A model generated the notes under the pieces. It searched no databases. It saw nothing but the letters and a program-made list of their open reading frames with translations, and was not told the origin of the DNA. A stretch of DNA of 36,246 bases from Ministeria vibrans ATCC 50519 (Eukaryota > Protista > Filasterea): positions 32,307 through 68,552 of the forward strand of contig CALSCP010001157.1 of NCBI GenBank assembly GCA_943704425.1, in the 5' to 3' direction. Made by a program: the position numbers and the translations under genes. Each line of letters opens with the position of its first letter. Positions within the stretch are counted from its first letter, which is position 1. Below, in pieces: positions 26,824-36,246 of this stretch.

Positions 26824-29800
26824 TTATATAGACTCATCCATTTCTTCGAGCTCGTCGTCCTGCACACTGGCAGTCATGCCGCTGCTTGCACGCGACAGCT
26901 GAGACAGTTGCATAGCCGCCTCCATCGCCGTGGCTGCATCCGAATCAATGGAAGACCGCACAGCAGTAGCTGCTGCAGCAGCAGCAGTGCTGGCGCTGGC
27001 ACCGGTTGCAGTCAGACTGGAACTTGCTCCAGTAGAAGTACGTGAAGAGGTGCTTGCCGTTGAGCGGGTACGCTGAGGTCGCGTCACAACGTTACTGATT
27101 TTATCTGCGAGTGATTTGGTTCGTTTGGGGGTGGGCGCGTCGGAAAAGTCCAGCGCGCGTTTGGCACTTGTGCATGGGTCTTCCACAAGGTTGTTAATTT
27201 TGTCAAGGTCCTAGAAAATGACAACAATATTCATCTTGTTGTCACAATCAAATTGATTCTCTTGTACGTACAGTTCCGTCCGACCTCCCAAAGATGTATC
27301 CACCACGAATGGGGGAATCCTGAGGGTTTGCGAGGAGTTGTCGGGTGCGAGGAGTGCGCCCACCGGCATCGGGAGAGCCAAGACCACGTACGGAGAGAGG
27401 CACACCCGTAATAGGCTGCGTGTGAACAAGCAGGAGGAGTGTGACGTAAGAGAAACGCGGCGTGCACAAATTGGTCAAGTTGCGGTTTACCTTGCGAGGC
27501 GAGAGAGGACCCCCCACGCTTGGGAACTGAGGAGGCTCAGAGAGCTAAAGAGGAGAAACGGTCAACACAACAACAAAAAGAGCAAGAAGAAGAACCAGTC
27601 CGTACAGGCGCACGATCGTTGGACGGAGCAAAGAGCAAGATAGTCTCTTTGAGCTCGGACACAAAAATTTCGTTGTAAAAGGCAATGATGGTGTCGCGAC
27701 GCTCCGGAGCGCCTGTGTCGGGGTTGGACGGGGCAATGAGAACGCCACGGAAGACGTGTTCCTTGGCATGGGGCATGTGTGAGTTGTACGCAGCGGTAAT
27801 GTTGTAGAAAGGCAGTTCCGTGTCCATGAGACGCCCAACTGCAAAGAAGGCACAGAGGATCATCTGATCGATGTGTCGTTCGCACAGCAGACTCCACTTG
27901 TGTTGCACAATGTGACCCACAATGCTCCACACTCGTTTGAAAACTTGTCCGTCCCGTTTGACTACACAGTGACAAAGAACACAAAAAAGCGCAGTGAGAA
28001 TAATATTCAATAATGGTTTTAAAAATAGTTATAAATATGCATGTGCATGTAGTGCATGTGTGTGTATGTGTAAGTAAGAAGAGGAGATGATTTGCTTACA
28101 GTTCAAGTGTGTGCACAGCTCGCGAATGCGCACGGCAATAAGATAGTAGAATTTGCGGAAGAACAAATCAATGGGCTGGGTTCTTGCGACCGGTGTTGCT
28201 GGGGATGCGGTGGTTGATGAGGCGGAGGCGGAGGCGGAGGCAGAGGCAGAGGCAGAGGCAGCAGCAGAAGCAGCCGGTCGTGTTTCACCCTACGTAGTGA
28301 CAGTTTAGTAAAAAAAAAAGAAAAACCAACAATAACAACAACAACAACAACAGCAACAGCAACAGCAACAAACCACAACAACAGGGAGTTTTGAAGACTT
28401 ACTCCACCGGCGACAAAGAGAGCACGACGAACCACGGGCGAGGTAAAGGGGGCAGAAGAGGGGGCCGCGGAGGGTGCGGGAGCAATGCGGGGTGTTGAAA
28501 CGACGTCGCTTGATGGAGCACTCTTGCGAGTTCTGAGTTGCTCGAGAAGGGGCGAGCCAGAGCACCAAACAAGCTCTTCGAGGACACGCTCTTCAATGCC
28601 ATTGAGGTGCTTGACCATGGCACGATCAAGAGAGGACTCTGAGCGTACGACGGAGTCGATGACGCGATAAAAATCGTACGCAGAGAGACCCATAGCATTG
28701 AGGATCCACGGGAAGGCACAGGGCCCCACCTGGAACGTGTCCAGGATTAGCTCCAGACAACACGTCAGAATCGCCTGGTGGAATTGATCCGCGCTTAGTA
28801 GATCAGCAAAGTGCCTTTTCGTTTCACCGAAGCGAGCCTTTTCCGCGCGCAAAAAGGCAAGCATAATTCGAAAGTAGAACCTATGAAACAGCATAGCATC
28901 GTCGTTATCATTCTTATTCTACGCTTTTCTTGTGTTACTTGACTCCGAGATCGTATCGCTGATTTGCAAGCTTGTCGGATGTTGAGCCGACGGCAAGGGC
29001 ATATTTGGGCACAAAGCGCTTGCGTCCATTGGCAATGCGTTCGTAGAGGCGCTTGCGGATCGAGTCGGAGTCGGGACAGTCGTTGAGAAAAGACTCGAGC
29101 TCAGGGGAGATGGCAGTCATTTCGCCCTGAAGGGTGTTACGCAGCCGCATGACTGTACGCAGTGCCTTGGTGAGGGGAGTGGGCGGGGGTGAGTCGGAAC
29201 CGGCCGAGGTCGAAGCAGCCGCAGCTGAGGATGCTGCGGCCGCAGTCGAGAGAGCAGTAAGCCGACTGCGACCAGTCAATGGTGTCTCCTGCACATTGAT
29301 GGGCATACGACTCGCTTCATCCATTCTGTGAAGCACGCGTTTCAAAAAGATCAATTAGAAGGATGTGGAGAAAAAAAAATGGTATATGCACAAATGTGTG
29401 TACCGGGGATTGAGATTGCGCCGGACACCTTCGCGCGCAGTCGGACGGCTGTCAGAACCAGCATGGGGATGTTTCTTAGGCGTCGTCTATACACAAGTGG
29501 AAAATAAAAACAAAGAAAGAGAGCGAGAGGTGTGTGAGGAGGAGTGCAAGAAGAGAGAAAGATGTGGGAAATATACGAGTCCAGTGCTGCGAATGTCATC
29601 GCCAGAAGTGAGAGAAATCTCGTCAAAGCCGCCGGACATGGCACAAACGTTGTCGTAGGAGCGACGCAGGCTCGCCACGTTGACAGCAAGGTTCTTCTCG
29701 TCCATCAGACCGGACACATCGTCTACGACCACTATCGGAGTCCTGCAACAACAACAAGACGAGTGAGGATATGAAGGTAGAATCGAGATTCAATGTATAC

Positions 29801-31573
29801 GGAGGAGGTTGAAAGGAGGGTTGCTTTCGGGCGGTTGAAGCGGATGCGGGGGTCTCAGGGAGAGGGCGATGGTTGTCCATGATGGTGCCCGTGGCAGTGT
29901 CGACGTAGCGCAACAGGCGACGCTCTCCCGAGCCAATCCGACAGCATTTCTCAATAAAAGGGATGAAGTCTTGTTCGTCGAAGATGTGCACCTGACAAAG
30001 AGACAAACAGAGAGAGAGGAAAAAAAAAAGAAAAAGCAATTTAGCGACAACAATAACAATCCGTTTCAGCCAACCTCTTTGTAGTCACAGCCGACGTGGG
30101 TGCAGAGCATTTTAAGAGAGATGGCACGACCGTGTTGGTCGTTTGCGTGAGCTATACGGAAACAGCAAATGAAAACTCATAAGAACGAACAAAACTAAAA
30201 GAGTCTTACAGGTGTCAGTGTGATTGAGCCACTGTGTGGGCGCAGTGCAACGGAGAAAGTTGAGGGTGCACAGGAGGACGTTGGTTGAGACGACAATGTC
30301 GGCAGTGCCGCCAATCATGTCGGCCTTGGCCAGGAGAAAGAGAAGCCAGGCGAACTGGCGCGCACGCTCGGGTGCCACTGCCGGGGGTCTTTTGAAGTGG
30401 AGAGGGTGTGAAAATGTCAATCGCGATGAATGTTGGTTAAGGCGTTCTCTTCTCCTTACTCGCTGTTGCGGAAAATGAAGTCGAAAAGTTCGAGGAACTT
30501 GCGGTAGACAACAGTAATGACACCAAATTTGGTCTGGAGCTGTTTGATAAAGTCGGTAAAGTCAGGAGGCAAACGTGCCAGCGGCGCAAACACTTTGAGA
30601 GCCTTGATAAACTCCGACGTTCTATAAGATAACAATAATAACAATAAGAAAAATAAATAGAATGATAATGGTAATAATAATAATAATAATATAATACAAT
30701 AATAATAATACAATAATAAATTAATAATAATAGTAATACAATAATAATAAAAATAATAATATAATACAATAATAATAATACAATAATAAATTATTATAAT
30801 AATAGTAATACAAAAAATAAATAAAAATAATAATAATAATAAAATATTTAATAATGATACTATAATAATGAAGTAAGAATGTAATAATACTAAATACTGC
30901 AATAATAATACAATGCGACAGCGTCACAATGAAAACCCAAATAAATATGAATATGATAGTCCTTACGAGAGACCACCCTGACTCATCAGCTTAGTGACGG
31001 AAACACCCATATACTGAGTGGCTGTCGCGTCCACTGCATGCAGCACCTGTGTGCGACCTGCCACAAAGAGCGCCACTGCCACCCACGCGCGGATGGGGCG
31101 TTGCTGTGGAAGACCAAAACACGTTTGAGGCGGACCCAACACAATTGCAACAAGAAGAGCGTTTGTGGTTCACCTTCATCTCGTCGGGATACTTGTCGAA
31201 CAGCGACTTGAGCATATCCCACGCACACACGCGTGTCTCGTGGTCCATATTCAGGCTGATGCAGATATCCTCAAACGCTACAGAGACGCGTTCAGAACTT
31301 GCGAATTCTTTTTTTTTTTTTTTTTTGAAAGAGAGCGGATTTCAAAAAATGCCGGTTGAGCAGTGCTGAGTCGACTTTTGAGTGTCGACTCGACTCGTCG
31401 CACGTTGCTGCACAACTGCGCCTACCTGTGGTGAGTGCGGCCTGCGTCGAAACGGGCTCAGAAGCAGTCGAGCCAACCGGCTTCTGGGAATTCGAATCTT
31501 GCAAAAGAGACGGTGGCGTGGGCGCCGGTGCTGGCATACGCCTTGGTAAAGCCTGGGGAACAGGCTCCGACAT
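26824..31573 (-). CDS. RBL: Retinoblastoma-family pocket protein (p107/p130-like features)
   Basis: FAWLLFLLAKA in the N-domain; ETPLTGR and PTPLTKAL. Pocket A: FHQAILTCCLELIL, AYDFYRVIDSVVR, MVKHLNGIEERVLEELVW. Pocket B: LFFRKFYYL, ERHIDQMILCAFF, IIAFYNEIFV. C-terminal KRALDF. Confidence 0.95.
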
Positions 31574-32004
31574 GAGAGAGTGGTAGAGAGTGAAATAGAA
31601 TGGTCGAATGGAATCCGTTGATCAGTGTGTCTTTCAAATGCGTAACTGAGCGTCCTCCTCCACCTTTAATTGAGCCGGATACACTGTGCTTGACGCCAAA
31701 TACTCTTATTACACCAACTGAAGCAGACGCAAAAGTCTCTTTTTGCGCGAACGCCCCGTTGAGGGCTGCGCGCGAAAAACGGTTTCGGCGCGAAAACTTG
31801 CGTACCGGTACAAAAGAGTCTTATAAGGTGTTCTTATTGGCAGTAATTGTAGCACACAGTTACTCAAGTCATCTTCAAAGTGAGCGAGACACGTCAATAT
31901 GCAATGCAAACAAAAAGAGGGCAGCTGAAAATTTGAATTCCGAACACTTAAAACGTTTATTAAACATTTCTTTTCTGTAACTTCCAGTGCAACCCTCCAG
32001 AACC
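31574..32004. promoter_or_regulatory. Bidirectional promoter region (RBL / PMS1) with E2F-type and CHR-like motifs
   Basis: GCGCGAAA at 31770-31777 and GGCGCGAAA at 31787-31795 (reverse complement TTTCGCGC/TTTCGCGCC); TTTTGCGCG at 31741; TTTGAA at 31932 and TTCAAA at 31633 and 31874. Confidence 0.6.
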
Positions 32005-34321
32005 ATGGCGTGCATCAAGGCGCTTGACTCTTCGACGGCGACAAGAATCACAAGGTGAGATTGTGTTGGGTGTTGTTGTTGTTTTTGAAAAGTATCTCGA
32101 ACGTTGACGCCGCAAGACACACAATGTGCTTTTCTCCACAGCGCCCAAGTGATCTCGTCTGTGTCATCAGCGGTGAAAGAGCTCGTCGAGTAAGTTGGAA
32201 CGAACTGTTCTTGGTGAAGAAACGCTCACTTTTGTGAACACGTTAGAAACGCGATTGATTCGGGCGCCACCAGCGTCGACGTACGGCTCGAGGGTGCGGG
32301 GCTGGATAAAATCGAAGTATGCGACAATGGGTCAGGGATAAGCAAAGAAAATCGAGCGCTTGTGGCACTGGGACAGCATACGTCGAAAATTCGAGAGTTT
32401 GCCGACCTGTCGTCTTTGCACACTCTTGGATTTCGCGGGGAAGCACTCCATTCGCTCTGTACGCTCGCCAAAGTGAGCATTGTGACACGGTCTCAGGCCG
32501 ACGAGGTTGCCTATGTATGCACCTACGATGCGTTGGGTCGTTGTGTCGAGGAGAAGCCGACGAGCGGTCAGACCACAGGCACCACTGTCGTCGCCAAGTC
32601 TCTCTTCTACAAGTGAGTGGTGCGAGTCTCGGAATTCCAACGAAAATCTAATATGCATTGTGTTGTGCAGTCATCCGGTGCGTCGTGAAAAGTTCTCTGT
32701 CGCACGCACTCGACAGACAGAATTGAAAAACTGCGGCGACATTCTGATGGGAGTTGCTATGGCGTCGCCGCGTGTGGCGCTCTCGCTCCGCTACAATGCA
32801 TTTACCTGGCGCAAGCCATCGACCGATTCTGACGAGGTAGAAGAAGGAGAAGAGAAGAGAAAAAAAGGGAAACAGGAAGGAGATAAGGGACGATGTATTA
32901 ATTGCCATTATACATTATTACCATTGATGTTGTTGTTGCACAGGCGACACTTGTGTCCCTCCTTGGTGTGCAAATGGCGTCGCAATTGGTGTGTGCTGAG
33001 CTGTCTGACGACGATCGAGGAATCCACGTCAAGTGTACGTCGAATGTGACTGCGTTATGTACATACCCAGACTCGTCTTGTAGTGTACGTCCCGCGTGCT
33101 GGCGCCGACGACGCACTCATGTCACGCTCAGCTGCCGACCGGTGTTTCTGTTCTGTCAACGGCCGTAGCGTTCTTGTTTCCAGTGGTACATTTACAAATG
33201 TTCTATCGATGGGGAATCAATTTGTCATGCCGTTTCTTTATAGTGGTGTCACTTGTGCGAAAGTTGACGGCTGCCGAAGGCGCGTCACAGCGCCGGCGCC
33301 CAGTGATGTGGTTGCAGCTGACGGTCGCGGCTGATGCCATTGATGTGAATTTGGAACCGAACAAGCACAAGGTGTTGTTGCACGACGAAGAGCACGTCTT
33401 GGATGTGGTTGAGCGCGCTGTGGTTGCCGCTCGTGGCGAGCCTGTGCCCGCCGCGGACGCAATGGGTCTGCCTCTGAGCGAGAGCATTGTTGCATCTCTT
33501 AAGACAGACGTGCACGAACAGTCGAGTGCTGTAGTCGAGCCAGTTGCTGGTGGCCGAGGAGACTGTGATGGTTCTAATGGTGGTGCTTCAGAGCGTCTTG
33601 AGCGCACCGAGAGTCTCAAAAGTCGAAAGAGCAGTGGTGAAGGAATGGCAACACATGGCACCGGTGGAGCGTACGAGCGTCGAGCAAGCTTGCAGAGTAT
33701 TGGCTCGACGGCAAGCACCAAAGAGGTGTCGCCCATGCCGATCGACAATGAGCGCATCCCATTGCTTCGCCTTGCTTCAAAATCCCATAGCGATGGTAAA
33801 GGGTCGGCGACCAACGATACACCCACAATGCTCGTGCAGACGAACTTACTGTCGTATGTGAAGCCGACTGGAGAAGCGAGCGCCACCACCAGCGTTGTTG
33901 ATGTCGAGACGAGTGCGGAAGCAAAGCAGCCTCGCAATGCTTTTTCCTTTTTCATGCGTCGCCAAATGCCCGCTCTCAAGGAGCAGAATCCTCACTTTTC
34001 CTTTGCCGATCTCAGTCGCACCATTGCGCAACGGTGGCAAGAACTCCCCATGGACGACGTCGAAGTATAAATGAAGAAAGAAGACGATGCAGTACCGATG
34101 CATCCATAGGCTTTACTTATTTTTATTTTTTTTGATGTAGTACTTTGAGGCGATGGCACGGAGTGACAAGGATCGATTTGAGTTGGAACAACAGAAGCAA
34201 CAACAGCAACAACACAAGCAGCGACAACAACAACAACAACAACAACAACAGCAACAACAAAAACAACAACAACAACATCAGCAGCAGCAGCAGCAGCAGC
34301 AACATCAACAACATCAGCTGC

Positions 34322-34379
<58 letters not shown>

Positions 34380-35485
34380 GCAACAACAACAACGAGTAAA
34401 GAAGAGAACGAGACCCCAAGAGGAGAGTGTTGCCGAGGAAAGAAGAAAAGTTTCATCGGTGGATGACCTGGAGCGACGGATTCAGGAGGCAAAGAGGCGC
34501 AAAAACAGCCGCACCGTTTCGCAAGCGATCACAGATGGGCCGCGTGTGCGTTTCTCGGTGGCTCGTCTATCACATGCTGTGCGACAATTTGACGAGGGTG
34601 CACCTTCCGAGTCTGCTTTCGCAACCGCCGAACCACCCGAGATGCCTGACCGCACGACGCAACAAGGATCTCTGCACCACGATCCTGACGTGTACCTCGG
34701 CGATGGGTTTGATGTTGAGCCAGTTGCTCGACTTCAGCACAATTTGTGGCTTGTCGAATCTCCCTGTACCTCTGCCTGGGCCAATCGTGCTCTTTTTCTT
34801 TTCGATCCAGCTCGGTAGACAAAATAACCAGTTTTATGGACTTCTCTCTCTCACTCATGTTCGAGTGTTTGGTGTTTCTTTTTCAGAGCTCAGGAGACGT
34901 TTATTTTGAAGAATTTGATGGCTTCCCATGTGTTCTCGTCGGCTACACTGACTAATCCAGTGCGTCTGGTGCCGCAGTAAGCCGAACGAAATAACGGGAA
35001 GCGAACATAACTTTGTTTTCTTTTGTTTTAGGTCTGTTGGAGGAAATGCTGTGTGGCGTTATTTACAGTCTCTTCCGTTTGAACTTGAGGGTGCGCACCA
35101 CATTGTGAAGGATGTGCGATTGGAGACGAATGGGGTGGTGATTCATCGGCTAGACGAGGGTGCCTTTGAAGTGTTGTCGGTGTGCGGGGATGTACCGTTG
35201 AAAGGGAGCATTGAGGATGTGGGTGAATTGCTGCAGATGATGCGTCGAGCGGATAGCGACGGGCACGACGACCCTGCTGCGGATTCAGCGGATGAATCGA
35301 CAGCCGTGCCTCGTCCGCGTCGTCTTGCTGCCTTTCTTGTGGCCGAGTCGCTTCGGGTGGCGCGTGTCGCGGCCGCGTCATTAAGTCATGTTCGTGATCT
35401 GCTTCTCTCCGTTGACTCGCTTGTCGACCAACGTGTTTGTGTGCACAACCACCCATTCTTTCTGTTTGTCGCTGCCACATTGTAA
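32005..35485 (+). CDS. PMS1: MutL homologue of the animal PMS1 type (GHKL ATPase + HMG box + non-endonuclease C-terminus)
   Basis: AVKELVENAIDSGAT, VCDNGSGI, TSKIREFADL, LGFRGEALHSL and IDVNLEPNKHKVLL. HMG box KQPRNAFSFFMRRQMPALKEQNPHFSFADLSRTIAQRWQEL. Terminal CVHNHPFF; no DQHA(X)2E(X)4E motif. Confidence 0.88.
34189..34392 (+). repeat. Coding CAA/CAG repeat (about 68-codon Gln-rich tract) in PMS1
   Basis: In-frame QQKQQQQQHKQRQQQ... directly after the HMG box. Confidence 0.9.
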
Positions 35486-35667
35486 CACTGTATAAATAAG
35501 AAGATGAAGGAGAATCGAGAACTGTACAGAAAAACGAATAGAGAATGTCAAAACAACAAAAGATTATAATTATACAAAACAGAGCGGTACAATACGTCTT
35601 CTTCGTGTTATTTTTGTAATAATTATATTAATAAAGACGTATTATTTTTTATTATTATTTTTCTCCA

Positions 35668-36246
35668 CTATTCTTCTTTCTGCGTCATGTAAGGGTATTT
35701 GTAGTGAGGAAGAGGACCGAGGGTCTCCTTGATGGACATGGGGGAGACAAGACGGGAAAGAAGGCCTGGCCCGCCCGCCTTGTCGTTGGTGCCACTTGAA
35801 CGCGCACCACCAAACGGCTGTTGACCCACAACGGAGCCAGTGCTGCAAACAAACAAAGAGGAGGGAGAAAGAAACAGAAAGCGTAAATGGGTGACAAGAT
35901 AAAGTGGTGCAAAGTAGACGTACCTCTTGTCGTTGATGTAGAAGTTTCCGGCGGCGTGGCGGAGGGTGGACATGGCCTGGATAACAGCAGTACGGTCGAG
36001 GGCAAAAATGGAGCCCGTCAGACCAAAGGGTGACGTCTTGTCGCACAGCTCAAGGGTCGAAGCAAAATCCTTGTCCTCGTACACATAGCACGTGAGCACC
36101 GGTCCAAACAATTCCGTGGTCATAATTTCGTGTTTCGGATCGGTAGTCTGAATCAGAGTTGGGTCTACAAGATGGATCATGAATATTCAAACGCGCCTTT
36201 GTCGCGCGAAATTAATAACAATAATAATAGTGATGAAATATGCATC
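35668..36246 (-). CDS. ALDH4A1: Delta-1-pyrroline-5-carboxylate dehydrogenase (3' exons; gene continues past the window)
   Basis: ELFGPVLTCYVY, FGLTGSIFA, AAGNFYINDK|STGSVVGQQPFGGARSSGTNDKAGG, IKETL and YKYPYM. Confidence 0.95.

Noticed and set aside
30624-30930. Hydrophobic Y/I/L-rich ORFs and an AT-rich duplicated unit
   Set aside because: An AAT-rich intron of the Rb-family gene, not a membrane protein.
31300-31330. Possible atypical poly-A 3' splice site in the first Rb intron
   Set aside because: A conventional pyrimidine-rich acceptor (TCTCTGTAG) about 30 nt further into the gene fits the same phase.
32753-32766. X-box-like GTTGCTATGGCGTC (possible RFX site)
   Set aside because: Lies within a PMS1 coding exon, has an imperfect half-site and is explained by the codons.

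Overview
Gene-dense eukaryotic genomic DNA with short GT-AG introns rich in microsatellites and AT-rich intergenic spacers. The gene set looks like that of a unicellular holozoan (close animal relative); this is an inference and the species cannot be named from the sequence. I read 14 intron-containing protein-coding genes: RFX transcription factor (5' partial), GNS-like sulfatase, two tandem paralogues of a bacterial-looking metallo-beta-lactamase-fold/DUF4336-like protein, NudE/NDE1, a LIPA/Tgl1-like lipase, BRX1, an orphan signal-anchor plus PH-like protein, BCAS3, a TMC channel, a probable mitochondrial IF3, an Rb/p107/p130-family pocket protein, an HMG-box PMS1-type MutL, and ALDH4A1 (5' partial). 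The most notable points are the intron-containing tandem pair that may be a horizontal transfer, and a head-to-head Rb/PMS1 promoter with clustered E2F and CHR-like motifs. No rRNA, tRNA, CRISPR or transposon could be supported. Gene models were spliced by eye and family calls rest on recalled motifs, not database searches.
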